Shown: in pieces, positions 50,395 through 63,177 of the stretch
Layout of the letters: each line of letters opens with the position of its first letter
Numbering within the stretch: position 1 is the first letter of the stretch
Assembly (NCBI RefSeq): GCF_018350175.1
Contig: NC_058368.1
Coordinates: forward strand, 142,044,001-142,108,000
DNA from: Felis catus
Lineage: Eukaryota
DNA: 64,000 nucleotides
Direction of reading: 5' to 3'
Position numbers and translations under genes: made by a program
The notes under the pieces: model-generated
What the model was told of the DNA's origin: nothing
Database searches by the model: none
Seen by the model: only the letters and a program-made list of their open reading frames with translations

Positions 50395-51453
50395 ATTTTT
50401 TATTTTTAATTAAAAAAGTTGTATTTACTTAGGAGCATTCAGAATGTCAACAAAATAGCTGCAACTTTTTTTTTTCTTTGCAATTACAGGGTGGTATTCA
50501 GTTAACAAAACAATTATTTCGTATAAGCTGCATCAGAGACAAATGAAGATGAAAAACAACTATCCCCGTATAAAATTAATTTATGCTGTGCACTAACAAG
50601 GGCCTGCTTTAAATGTCCACACCAATTTACAACCCCCATACTGTACCATATAAGGCTGGTGGCTACTGAAAACACCACCAGGACAGGACTATCTAAAGAC
50701 ACATTCGGTAGTGTGTTCACTATACAAAAAACGACACTGTACAGTTTAAAAGCAAGTCTTACACAGCCTTACATTTCAGTTTTTTTCTTTAAAAGGAGTG
50801 AGTTGTATAAAGGGGTTTAAATGCTTTACAGACAAAAAACAAAAAACTGTGCTAGAACCAACATATTCATCTTCACCATCTTCTTCATCTCCCTCCTCTT
50901 CCTCATCCTCTTCATCTTCCTCATCTTCCTTGTTTTTCTTAGCCTTGACGACTCCTGTTTTTGCTTTATCAGGCTTTCCTTTAACTCAGTATGCAGCAAT
51001 ATCCTTTTCATATATTTTCATCAGCTTATTAGCGGCCTTCAGGTCATCTGCAGCAGTGTTAGTCCAAATCTCTCCCAGTTTCCCTGCAACATCACCAATG
51101 GATAGGCTGGGATGTTTGGAATGTTCTCCTTTGATTTCTGGGCAATTATCGGAACAAAACAAGAAAAAGGCCGAAGGAGGCCTCTTGGGTGCACCGGTAT
51201 CCTTGAACTTCTTTTAGGAGGGATATCAGTTTTCATTTCTCTTCCATAACGGGACGTTTCTGCCTTTGCCATGTCTTCAAACTTTCCTTTCTCTTTAGCA
51301 GACGTGGTCTACCATCTCTCTGAGCACTTCTTAGAAAACCCTGAGAAGTTGCCTGCAGCAACGGGGTGCTGCTTCTTGCACTCCTCTCGGTAACTTTGCA
51401 CAAAGAATACATATGATGACATTTTGCCTCTTGGCTTCATAGGATCTCCTTTG
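50395..51453 (-). pseudogene. HMGB1: Processed HMGB1 pseudogene (CDS remnant ~50863-51453 plus 3'UTR and A-rich tail)
   Basis: Intronless; reads [19 protein letters not shown]...FSKKCSERW*...[13 protein letters not shown]...[14 protein letters not shown]...acidic tail. Start codon missing, TAG at 51309-51311, frameshifting deletion near 51213, native stop changed to TAT; flanked by TSDs. Confidence 0.95.
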
Positions 51454-51468
51454 AAACAGCTCATTTTT

Positions 51469-51690
51469 TTTTTAATTTTTTTTTCAACGTTTTTTATTTA
51501 TTTTTGGGACAGAGAGAGACAGAGCATGAACGGGGGAGGGGCAGAGAGAGAGGGAGACACAGAATCGGAAACAGGCTCCAGGCTCCAAGCCATCAGCCCA
51601 GAGCCTGATGCGGGGCTCAAACTCACGGACCTCGAGATCGTGACCTGGCTGAAGTCGGACGCTTAACCGACTGCGCCACCCAGGCGCCCC
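51469..51690 (-). mobile_element. Young felid SINE abutting the HMGB1 retrocopy
   Basis: TSD ga(a/g)acagctcattttt. Confidence 0.93.
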
Positions 51691-51774
51691 GAGACAGCTC
51701 ATTTTTAAAACTCTTTAATAGATAAGTAAACTGGTAATTTTGTAATAAAATTGTACCAGAACAATCTCCCACAG

Positions 51775-51806
<32 letters not shown>

Positions 51807-52388
51807 GACATATTACAAAAGCACTGTGGCCCCTGGTGGTGAAACAGCAGCAGAGTGTGGTTAGGAGTATATACTCAAAGGTGACAAGAGAGAGAGTAAA
51901 TTCCCCACTCCCTTGGCTTTCTGATGAGGCCAAGCGAATACTGGATGAAGTGCAAGTGGAGGCACTGATGGACAAACCACTGTCTCTGGCCAAAGGTGCC
52001 AAAATATTGAACCTACAAAAATCATGGCCACTGAAGAAAGTAGGGGAATCCCAGAAGGGAAAGGGCTGGAGATGGGCTCCTCAAATAGTCTCTACCCACA
52101 TCTCTGACTAACTCCTGAACCATGCAAGCAGAGAATAGACTCAAAGTAGTTCAGCAGAAGACAAAAAATATGACATGAGACTGACTGAAGCTGCTGCTTA
52201 AGAAACAGAATTTACAATTTGAACTCGTCAAGGTAAGCACCTTCAAAATACCACCTGTGATGTAAAAATAAAAGAATACAGAATCTCCATGATAATATAA
52301 TGGCAAGAACAGAACTCAAAATTGCCCAATGTAAGACAAACTCAAGAAATGGAATACATACATAAACACATATATATAAATATATATG

Positions 52389-52391
<3 letters not shown>

Positions 52392-52436
<45 letters not shown>
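52392..52436 (+). repeat. (CA)n microsatellite
   Basis: Directly visible. Confidence 0.95.
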
Positions 52437-52437
<1 letters not shown>

Positions 52438-52828
52438 GAAAATCAACCAAATGTAAGTTTGAGATAAACAAGGTATTGGAACCAGCAGACAATTTTAAAG
52501 CCTACTATTACACATATTCTTAATGAAGTAAAAGAAAATGTGCTCTCAATTAGAGAAAAATAAAGCATATCTCAGCAAAGAAAGAACCAAGGTGAAATTC
52601 TGAAATGAAAAAATGTTCACTGAATGTACTCAACAATCAAATGGAGATGCCAGAAGAATAAGTGAACCTGAAAAAAAGGTGAATAAAAATCCAATGGGAA
52701 GCACACAAAGAGATATAAGAAAACCAACAAAGCTTCACGCACTTCAAACAATATACATGTTGTTGTTTACAATAATACGAGAAGGAGAAGAGAATGGAGC
52801 AAAATATTACCTGAAGAAATAATGGCCA

Positions 52829-53108
52829 CTCTTATGTTTATAGCAGCATTATTTACAATAGACAAGATACGGAAGCAGCCCTAGTGTCCATCAATTGACA
52901 AATGAAGAAAGAAGATGTGGTACACGTACACACACACACACACACACACACAGTGGCTTAGCCAACAAAAAGAATGAAATCTTGGGGCGCCTGGGTGGCT
53001 CAGTCGGTTGAACGTCCGACTTCGGCTCATGTCACGATCTCACGGCTTGTGAGTTCAAGCCCTGTGTCCAGCTCTGTACTGACAGCTCAGAGCCTGAAGC
53101 CTCTTCAG

Positions 53109-53152
<44 letters not shown>

Positions 53153-53574
53153 CCTCCCCCCGCTCACACTGTCTCTCTCAAATAAACATTTAAAAAAAAA
53201 TAAAAAGAAAAACAAGTCAGAAACAAAATTCAGAACTCTTTAAAAAAAAAAAAAGAATGAAATCTTGCCATTTGCAGTGACATGGGTGGAGCTAGAGAGT
53301 ATAATGCTAAGTGAAATAAATCAGTCAGAGAAAGACAAATACTCTACGAGTTCACTCATATGGGGAATTTAAGAAACAAAACAAAAGATAAGAGAGAGAG
53401 AGAGACAAGACACAGACTCTTAATTATAGAGAACTGGTGGTTACCACAGAGGAAGTGGTTGGGGGGATGGATTAAATAGGTGATGGGGATTGAGGAATGC
53501 ATTGGTCAAGGTGAGCACACGGTAATGCATGCAAGTGTTGAATTATTATATTGTACACTGAAACTAAAAAAGAA
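52829..53574 (+). mobile_element. 5'-truncated carnivore L1 3' end nested in the older L1
   Basis: tatgtttatagcagcattatttacaata...tcagtcagagaaagacaaatac; flanked by imperfect TSD agaaataat(g/c)gcca. Confidence 0.85.
52985..53249 (+). mobile_element. Carnivore SINE with extra 3' segment, inside an L1 3' end
   Basis: TSD aaaaagaatgaaatcttg at 52967-52984 and 53250-53267. Confidence 0.92.
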
Positions 53575-54268
53575 GAGAAATAATCGCCAAAATTTCCCTA
53601 ATTTTGATCAAAGGCAGTAATTCACAGATATAAGACATTCAATAGACACCAGTCCAAATGAACACAAAGAAGCTCAAACCAAGACAACTCAGAGTTAAAG
53701 ATGAAAAGCAAAACATGAAAGCATCATGAGAAAAATGACAAATTACATAAGTGGTATCAATTACCCAGTTAACAGGGATACTGCATAACGAATCACAGAG
53801 GATCTTTAAAGCATCTTTAGAGTGCTAAAAGGAAAACAACAACAACAATAACCCATATAACCCAGAATTCTATGACCAGTGCAAGGATCCTTTAGGAACA
53901 GAGGTAAAATGGAAACACTTTCAGAAAAGAGATTTCAGCAGCAACAGATCTGCACCACAGCAAAAGCCAATGCAAGATTTTAAGGCAGGAAGATAAAGAT
54001 ACTGATAGAAATGTGGATCTTTACAATACAAAGAGAACGCTGGAAATAAGTGACAAACACTTTTTCTGTTTTCTTCTCTTAATTTCTTTATAAATCATGA
54101 AAATTTAAAGCAAAAATTGCACTGTCTTGCGACGTTTTTAATCTGACACAAATAAAGCTAAACAAAAGACAGAAGGAATATGGATGTATACGGTTGCAAG
54201 ATTTCTATATTTTAAGTGGAGAGATACGGTATTAAATTAACTGCAAAAAGCTACGAATGAATACAGTA

Positions 54269-54455
54269 GGGTCACCTGGGTGGCTCAATCGGTTAAGTGT
54301 ACAACTCTTGATTTCGGCTGAGGTCAGGATCTCACGGTTCTCGGCTGAAGGCGCCGAGCCCTGCTTGGGATCCTCTCCCCTCCTCTCTCTTTGCCCCTCA
54401 CAAGCTCTCTCTCTCTCACTCGGTCTCTTAAAATAAATAAACTTTAAAAAATAAA
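54269..54455 (+). mobile_element. Carnivore SINE
   Basis: Head, body, tail; TSD aatacagt. Confidence 0.85.
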
Positions 54456-56182
54456 AATAAATACAGTCAACAATTTAAAAAAAAGTGCAAAGATAAACAG
54501 GTTAAAAATAAAAACAAGAAAATTTTAAATGGGAGTTCCTCCAAAGCAAAGAGAAGAAAGGAAAAAAGAAAACAAAAAAGACAAATAGAAAATAAATAGT
54601 ATAATAGTACACTCAAATCCAAACATACCAGTAATTACATCAAGTGTTAAAATAATAAACAATCCAATTCAAAGGCACAGTTTGACAAAATGGATGGGGA
54701 AAAGATGGAACTATGTTCTGGCAATAAGAGATGCACAGGGCATTCAAAGACACAGACAGGCTAAAAGCAAATAGTTGGAAAAAAGATATACTGGACAAAG
54801 GGATGAGAAGGCTGGAGTGGCAACATGAATAACAAATCAAATAGACTTTAAGACAAAAAGTGTCACCAGAGATAAAGAAGGACCTATTTTAGGGTAAAAG
54901 GGTCAAGTCATTACGAAGACACGCAGAGTGAGGCGTGATGGGAGTGCTTTAAAATTTATGCAAGAAAATGACTAAATTAAAGGGAGAAATGAACAATTTC
55001 AGAATCACGACTGGGAGATTTAAAAGCCCCCTCCTAGCAATCAGTGGAACACCAGACAACAGGTCAGTAAAAATAATTTTAAAAATCTAAACACTAACGA
55101 CCCACATTTAAGTAACACGGATAGAAATGTATATCCAACAATAGCAGAATACACATTCTCTACACCAACTGCACATGGTTTGCACACCAAAATAAACTAT
55201 GATGATCTATAAACAAGTTCTCATAAATTTTAAGAATGAAATAAAACTAAATATGCTTTAGGACTAAAATGGAAGAATGTTACAAAGCAATTAATAGTAA
55301 GATCATTCAGATAACCCTTCCATCCCCAGAATGAGGAAATTAAACACACTTCTAAATAATCCATGAGTCAATAAAGAAATCATAAAGTAAAAATATTTTT
55401 AACTAAACAGCAATGAAAATCTATAAAATTTAATTTGAAAAACGCAAATGAAACAATGTTTAGAAGAAAATACATAGTATTTTATATTAACCAAAAGTTT
55501 TGATCTGCGTTTCCAACTCAAGATATTAAAAAAAGAACCCCACCTTAACTATGTCTTTTGCAAATTCAGGTCCCAATTTCAAAATAATGAAACTATTTAG
55601 ACTTTTTTTTACATGTAAATAATGCTTCCATTTTCTAAATGACCACTAAGTAACAGAGATTTATTCCCTTTGTTTTTAAAAGGAAGCATGTTAAAAATAA
55701 TTAGCTATTTTGACATTCTCTAGATGTTCGAGCAGCTCAATACTGTTAGAACTGTCCTGTTTATTTTTGTTTTCAAGAGGAAAAAAGTCAGCTTTCTTAG
55801 GTGAATTTTATACAGGAAAAGGACATTCACATATTTCAGTTTTCATGTTTTTTCCCACTTCAAGAAAAACAACCATGTTCATGTTCAAAGACTGACAAAG
55901 TAATTGTCAGTAAATTAATTTTTAATATTAAAAAGGAACCCCAAATTATGTATAAATCTGAAGTATAAAAGATAAATACAAAAGTCAATAATCATTTAAA
56001 AAATCAATGACATACAAAACAGAAAAAAGTAAATGGATAAAACTAAAAGCTGTTTTTCAAAAGGTCAATACAATTGATAAGCCTCTAATCTGACCAAGAA
56101 AAAGAGATGACAAAAACTACCAATTATCAGGAAGAGTAAATATCACTGCAGAAGGTACAGACATTAAAAAAATACTAAGGGT

Positions 56183-56397
56183 GGGGCGCCTGGGTGGCGC
56201 AGTCGGTTAAGCGTCCGACTTCAGCCAGGTCACGATCTCACGGTCCGGGAGTTCGAGCCCCGCTTCAGGCTCTGGGCTGATGGCTCAGAGCCTGGAGCCT
56301 GTTTCCGATTCTGTGTCTCCCTCTCTCTCTGCCCCTCCCCCGTTCATGCTCTGTCTCTCTCTGTCCCAAAAATAAATAAACGTGGAAAAAAAAAAAA
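56183..56397 (+). mobile_element. Young felid SINE
   Basis: CpG-rich; TSD aaaaaaatactaaggg. Confidence 0.93.
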
Positions 56398-56530
56398 AAA
56401 AAAATACTAAGGGAATATTTTTAACAATTTCATGTTACTAAACTGACAACCCGGATGAGATGGATAAATTTCTTGACTGACAAATTACTAACAGAGATCC
56501 AAGAAGAAATAGAAAATCTAAATAGCCCTG

Positions 56531-57088
56531 TGTTGGCGATCCACCAAGACCATCTTCAGGTTGGATGACTGGCTAGAAGGGTTTATAGCACTCAGAAAAG
56601 TTGTCATACTCAGGGTTATGATTCATTACAGCAAAGGAATACATAGTAAGATCAGCAAAAGGAAAAGGTACATGGGGTGAAGTCCAGAGGACACCAGGCA
56701 CAAGCTTCCAAGAATCCTAACAGTGGAGTCACATAAGACCTGCTTAATTCCTTCAGCAACAATGTATGCCAACATGTACAAAATGCCACCAACCAGGGAA
56801 ACTTGACAAAGAAAGACTATCCAGAGTATTTATTAGGGATCAGTCATGTAGATCCTGTACAACTACACATATTGTCATCACTACGTAGGAGATCAGTAAC
56901 TAAAGCTCCAGAACAGGAAAAGAAAAAGCAGGTGTTTACCAAAAAGTGATAAAACACTTTTATCAGACAGAACAGTCCAACAGCTCAGTTTGACCAAGCC
57001 AGACAACGAGCAGTCATGAAAATGTATCTTTTGGGGGAATGTATGGGGTTTGAGCAACCCAAGTCTGCTCAGTTAACTATTTCCCACA
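56531..57088 (-). mobile_element. MER77/MER21-group ERVL solo LTR
   Basis: Minus strand begins TGtgggaaatagttaactgagcagacttgggttg and ends aacaCA; contains ggaagcttgtgcctggtgtcctctggacttcacc; interrupts L1 ORF2. Confidence 0.75.
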
Positions 57089-57966
57089 GTGGTTTATACC
57101 AAATAAACAATTTGAACTCATAATTTAAAACCTTCCTATAAAATAAACTCCAAGCACACTTGACTTCACACTAAAAATAAAATAATACCATATTAGGATA
57201 AAATAATTCTATACATACTCTTTGAGACAGCAAAGGAGAAATACATCCCAACTCATTTTACAAAGCCAGTATTACCCTGATATCAAAACAAAAGCCACTG
57301 CAAGTAAAATACATATAGACACAATAACATATAGACGCAAAACTCCTTAATAAAAAGATGGCATACCAATTCTAACAATATAAAGATTTAACACAAGATG
57401 ACCATGAGGGACCTACCCCAGGAATAAAAAGGTTTAACTAGTGAAAAAAATCAATCCTAGTCATTTACCACTATCAAGAGAATAGAGAAAAATCATATAA
57501 TGTCAAAAGTTACAGAAAAAGCACTTGGAAAAATTCAAAACTCATTTGCTATAAAAACTTTCAGCAAACTATGGGAAGAAAGAACTTCCTCAACATGATT
57601 ACAGACAACTGCAAAAAAAAACCTATAGCTAATATCATATTCAAAGATAAAGGCACAGTGCTTTCTACATAAGAAACAAGGCAAGGATAACTACTCTCAT
57701 CACTTTTATTCAATACTGTAATGTACGGTGTACTCAATGTAATATGACAAGAAGAAAAAAGAACAGAAAAGTAAAATTACATTTGTACATGATATGATCC
57801 TTTATGTAACAAAGCCTAAGAAATCTATAAAATAGCTATCAGAGCTAATAAGTGAATTTAGCAAAGACACAACACAAGATCAATATACAAAAATCAATTC
57901 TTTATGCTAGCAATAACCAATTGGGAAATGAAATTAAAAAGACAATGTTGTTTAAAATAGCCTTCA

Positions 57967-58117
57967 GGGGTGCCTGGGTGGCTCAGTCGGTTAAGCATCA
58001 AACTCTTGATTTGGGCTCAGGTCATGATCTCACAGTTTATGAGTTCAAGTGGCCCCCTCCCCCTGTATCAGGCTCAGCACTGACAGTGTACAGTGTAGTG
58101 TAGAGCCTGCTTAGAAT

Positions 58118-58159
<42 letters not shown>

Positions 58160-58262
58160 CTCTCCTCTCTCCTCTCTCTCTCTCTCTCTCCCCACCCCTT
58201 CATCTCTCTCCACTCCTCCCTCACTCACACTCTCTCTCAAAATGAATAAACTTAAAAACAAA
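57967..58262 (+). mobile_element. Carnivore SINE with expanded CT tract
   Basis: Head and body; (CT)n about 58118-58238. Confidence 0.9.
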
Positions 58263-58480
58263 TTTTATATATTTTTTAGGTTTATTTCTTTTGAGAGAGA
58301 GAGAGAAGGCACACGCACCAAAGGGGCAGAAAGGTGGTGGGGGAGAGAGAGAGAATCACAAGTAGCCTCCGCACCATCAACAGAGTCCGATGCGGGGCTG
58401 GAACTCACAAACCACGAGATCATGACCTGGGCCAAAATCAAGAGTTGGACACTCAACCAACTGAGCCACCCAGGTGGCCC
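58263..58480 (-). mobile_element. Carnivore SINE inserted in the tail of the previous SINE
   Basis: ctgagccacccaggtggccc head; host tail sequence repeated after it. Confidence 0.88.
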
Positions 58481-59080
58481 TCAAAATAAATGAACTTCAA
58501 AAAAAATAAACAAAACAGCTTTCAAAACTACTAAAAAACAAATTTAAAATACATGCAAAACTTGAATACCAAAACTATAAAACACTGCAAAAGGAAATTA
58601 TAGAAGACCACATTTGTGGACTGGAAGACTTAATATGGTAAAGACAGCAATTTTCCCCAAATGTGATCTATAAATTCAACGCAAACAAAATCAGTCCTAA
58701 CAGGCTTTTGAGGAAACTGACACGCTCATTTTAACACTTACATAAAAAGACAAAAGACCCAGACTAGCCAAAAAAAGGTTAAAAAAACAAAACCAGGCTG
58801 GAGTGCTTACACTACCTGACTTCAAGACTTACAACGTGACTATCCAGTAAACAAGGCAGTGTGGTATGGCAAATAGACCAACGGAAAAGAAAAGAGTCCA
58901 GAAACATACTTGCACTTATATGATCAAGAATTCACAGAAGTAGCAAGGCAATTCAAGGGGGAAAAGACAGAGTCTTCTTAAAAAGTGATACCAGAACAAA
59001 TGAATACCCAGAAAAATCAATAAATAAATCTTGAACCTTACTTACCTCACATCACACACAAAGTCTAATTTGAAATGTGC

Positions 59081-59620
59081 TGTGCAAGAAAAAGTTAATA
59101 AAGTAGGCCAAAGAATGCTATCCTTAGAAAGTCTGCTTTCAAAGTTGGCACTGACTGGGATCCGGGAACTTGAATTTTAGGGGCATTCCCACAATTCCCT
59201 GATAAGGGTGGTTTACAAACAATATGGTTTATGCTCAACATTTGCTTTTTTTAAGGGAGTTTGGAATTTTGGTACATGCTAGGCAGTTAATGCCTCCATG
59301 AACAGCCCCCCAGTAAAAGACTTGGGCACTGAATCACTAATGAGCTCTCCTAGCGGACAACACCTCACACTTTTTGTCACAATTGATGCTGGAGGAATTG
59401 ATTATCACTGGGAAAATCACTGGAGAAAGATACTTGGAAGCTTGCATCTGGTTTCCTCTTGACTTTACCACAAGCACCTCTTTCAGGGACTGATTTTATT
59501 ATGTACCTTTCATTGTAATAAATCATAGCTATGAGTATGACTATATCCTAAGTCCTATGAGTCCTCCCAGTGAATCATCGAACCTATGGATCACAGACCT
59601 ATGGACACTGGATCCAAACA
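59081..59620 (+). mobile_element. MER68-like ERVL solo LTR
   Basis: TGtgcaagaaaaagttaata...tgctatccttagaaag; tgtAATAAAtcatagctatgagtat; L1 resumes at tggatcattgacctaaat. Confidence 0.75.
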
Positions 59621-60004
59621 TGGATCATTGACCTAAATATAATAGCTACAACTATTAAACTTTGAGAACACACCAGGAAAAATCTTTGATATTAGGTTAG
59701 ACAAAGATCTCTTAAAAAGGTCACCAAAAACCATGAGGTACAACTGAGAAAAAAACAGATAAAATGGACTTTATCAAAATCAAATGTTTGTTTTTTAAAA
59801 GATATTAAGAAAACAAAAAGGCAAGCCACAGACCAAGAGAAAATAAATAATAATAAATAACCATCTATCTGAGAGAAGACTAGAACCAGAATTCTTATGC
59901 TTTAATTATAAAACAAAAAAGATATGAACAGACATTTTAGAAGAGATATGACTAACCAATAAATCATGAAAAATGTTCAACGGCACTAAATATAGGAAAA
60001 TGTA

Positions 60005-60185
60005 GGGGCGCCTGGGTGGCTCAGTCAGTTAAGTGTCTGACTTCAGATCAGGTCATAAACTCACCGCTGAGTTCAAGACCCACATCGGGCGTTGTCAGCA
60101 AAGAACCCGCTTTAGATGCTCTGTTTCCCTCTCCCCCAGCCCCCCTCTCAAAAATAAATGAACATTTAAAGGAAAAAAAAAAAAA
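60005..60185 (+). mobile_element. Carnivore SINE
   Basis: Head, body, tail; TSD gaaaatg(t/c)a. Confidence 0.88.
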
Positions 60186-60378
60186 GAAAATGCAAATACA
60201 TGCACAATGAAATACCATTATGCAGCTACCAAACTGGCTAATGTTAGAGTCTAATAAGGTCAAGTGTTGGAAGGGACGTGAACCAACTGGAACTCCCATA
60301 CAATTGCTGGTGGGAATGCAAATGATACAGCCACTTTGGAAAACTCTATGACACTATTTCCTAAAAACTAAATATAGA

Positions 60379-60568
60379 GGGGCGCCTGGGTGGTTCAGTT
60401 GGTTGAACATCTGGCTCTTGATTTTGGCTCAGGTTATGATGTCACGGTTCGTGGGTTCCAGCAACACAGGGCCTGCTTGGGATCCTCTCTCTCCCTCTCT
60501 GGGTACCGCTCCCCTGCTTGCTCTCGCACTCTCTCCCTCTCAAAATAAATTAATAAACTTAAAAAAAA
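60379..60568 (+). mobile_element. Carnivore SINE
   Basis: TSD aaaa(c/t)taaatata. Confidence 0.88.
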
Positions 60569-60822
60569 ATTAAATATACATTTCCCAGACAATGCAACTT
60601 ATCTATCCCTAGGTAATTAGAAAAGAAAAAGTTAAAATTAAAATACAAGAAAAATTAAAAATTAAAATACATGACCACATACAGCATTTTATTCAGGTGT
60701 ATTTCAAAAGGTAAAACTGAAAATTGTAAAAATATCAGATTGCAGCAAAAAAGGAACAAAATGGGAATACATGAAATAGTACAGATGAATCTCAGATTTG
60801 AAGGTAAAAGGAGTCAAATTCA

Positions 60823-61043
60823 GGGCACCGGGGTGGCTCAGTGGATTAAGCATCCAACTTCGGCTCAAGTCAGGATCTCGAGGTTCGGGTTCAAGCCCTG
60901 CACCAGGTTCTTTGCTGACAACTGAGAGCCTGAAGCCTGCTTCAGATTCTGATTCTCCCTCTGCCCTTCCCTCCCTCTCTCTCTCTCTCAAATATGAATG
61001 AATGAATGAATGAATGAATGAATGAATGAAACATTTAAAAAAT
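60823..61043 (+). mobile_element. Carnivore SINE with (TGAA)n in the tail
   Basis: Head and body; (TGAA)9 at about 60994-61029. Confidence 0.88.
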
Positions 61044-61149
61044 AAGGACTAAAACTCAAGAGACATCATACTGTACGGTTTAATTTATAAGAAATTCTAA
61101 AAATGACAAAACTCGTAACCAAAAGCAGATCAGTGATTGCATGGAGACT

Positions 61150-62290
61150 CAAAATGGATCACAGCCCTATATATAAAAGTTAAATCTACAAACTGTTAGG
61201 AAAAAAGACAAATATAAATCTTCATGACCTTGGATTAAGCATCCATTTCTTAGATATGACACCCAAGGCATAAGGAAACAAGAAAAAATAGAAGTGGAAC
61301 TCATGAAAATTTACAATGTCTGTGCTTCAAAGGACACAATCAAGAAAATGAAAAGATAATCCACAGAATGGGAGAAAATATTTGCAAATTTGACAACAGA
61401 TAAGAATCTAGTATTCAGAATATATAAAGAACTCAAACAATAAACAACAGAAGGAAAACCCAATTATAAAACGGTAAAAAGATCTGAACAGACATTTTTT
61501 CAAAGAAGATACAGAACTGGCCAAGAGACAATCAACAGTTTGTTATTAGAGAAATGTGAATCCAAATTGCAAAAGCAGTAATGAGATTCCACTTCACACC
61601 CTTTAGGATAACTCTAATCTAAAAGACAGTGATTTTTTTTTCAAAAAAGAAAAATTAGTATTGGTGAGGATGTGGAGAAATTATAACTCACATACAGTAT
61701 TGGTGGAAATGTAAAATGATGCAGCGCTGTGCAAAAGAGTTTGTCAAGTCCTCAAAAAACCATACAGTAACCATATCACAGTAACCAGAAATATCACTCC
61801 AAGGTACACATACGAGAGAAGTGAACACATAGGTACACACACAAACTTGTACAAAGTGTTTAGTACTATTCATGATAGCTAAAAAGTGGAAACAACCGAA
61901 ATGTCACTGGTGAATGAATACACAAAATTCAGTATGTCCGTACAAGAGAGTATTATTCAGCAATAAAGAGAAATGAGGTATTGATGTACACTACAACATG
62001 GGGGGACTTCGAAAACATTATGCGAAGCGAAAGAAGCCAGATACAAAAGTCACGCCCCGTACAACTTCATTTATATGAAATGCCCAAAAGAGGCAAATTC
62101 ATAGAGACAGAAAGTAGATTCATAGTTGCCTAGGGCTGGGGGCACAAGGAGTGACTGCAGATGAAAGCAGGATTACTTTTTGAGGTGATAAAAATACAGA
62201 AGGAAATGGCAGTGATGGTTGTACAATTTGGTAAATCACTGAATGGCCCACTTTAAAAGTTTATGGCATGTTAACTATATTTCAAAGAAA
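61150..62290 (+). mobile_element. L1MB-like 3' fragment
   Basis: cacagaatgggagaaaatatttgcaaat; gaaaacattatgcgaagcgaaagaagccagatac; catagagacagaaagtagatt. Confidence 0.8.
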
Positions 62291-63177
62291 AATGACTTTT
62301 AAAAAGCAAAAATAATAACCATATACTTTTAGGCGATTTTAGCATTATTTAGAAGTAAAATGTATGATAACTTAGGAAAAGGTAGGAAGGAGAAAATGGA
62401 AATTTACTGTCATAAGGTTTCCAAAGTATATATGAAAGGTTATAATGTTGATTAAAAGTGAAAAAGTCCCTTATATCCTTAATTTCTATTTCTTATAATC
62501 TACCTATCTCTACCTAAAACATCTGCTCTGATGACACTTAGTCCTTGAAAATATTCTTCAGTGAAGACTGCTACTCCTACCAAACTTTCCAGACTCAAAA
62601 AGAGAACTAAGCATATTCCTCAAACTGTTGGCAACAGGCAAAGAAGAAGCATGTGTGCTGGCATTTTCATTCTCATGTATATATCACTACTTCCTACTGA
62701 GTAAACATGATCCTCCAATCACTACCTACATCAGTTGACAGTGAAATCCATGAGAGATGTGGTCATTAATTCTCTTCATTCCTACCTTCTATTGTTTTGA
62801 AATACAAGCCGTTTGCTCAGATCAATCTCTCATCCCCTTCACTGAACTCTTCATCCTACTCATCTTACTCAATGGCTTCTACATTGGCTCATATTTTTCT
62901 TTTGCACTCTATCAAAAGTCACGAGTCCATTTGACCCAACATTACCTTGGCCTCAAAGTGCTTTGAATTCCTGATTCAAACACCACGTGTAAACCTACAC
63001 AGAGACAAGCACTCAAAGGCTCACACTACATCCTGCCTTCTGCTCACCTCCTACTGTACAGAGGCAGGGTATACCATGTTTCAAAAAGAGCCCTAGATTT
63101 GGAGTGATAATACTTGGGTTCAAACACTATCCTACTACTGAATGAACTTAGGTCTATTTCAATGGACATGTGCTATC

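Larger units (their letters stand above)
51800..61150 (+). mobile_element. Large ancient L1M (5' region, ORF1, ORF2, 3' end) with many nested insertions
   Basis: Collinear decayed motifs: ORF2 start near 54630 (gtaattacatcaagtg), agcagaatacacattc, ccaactcattttacaaagccagtattaccctgata, acactacctgacttcaagactt, ggaactcccatacaattgctggtgggaatg. Confidence 0.75.

Noticed and set aside
50798..51217. 139-aa serine-rich plus-strand ORF
   Set aside because: It is the antisense reading of the HMGB1 pseudogene; the poly-Ser mirrors the acidic-tail codons.
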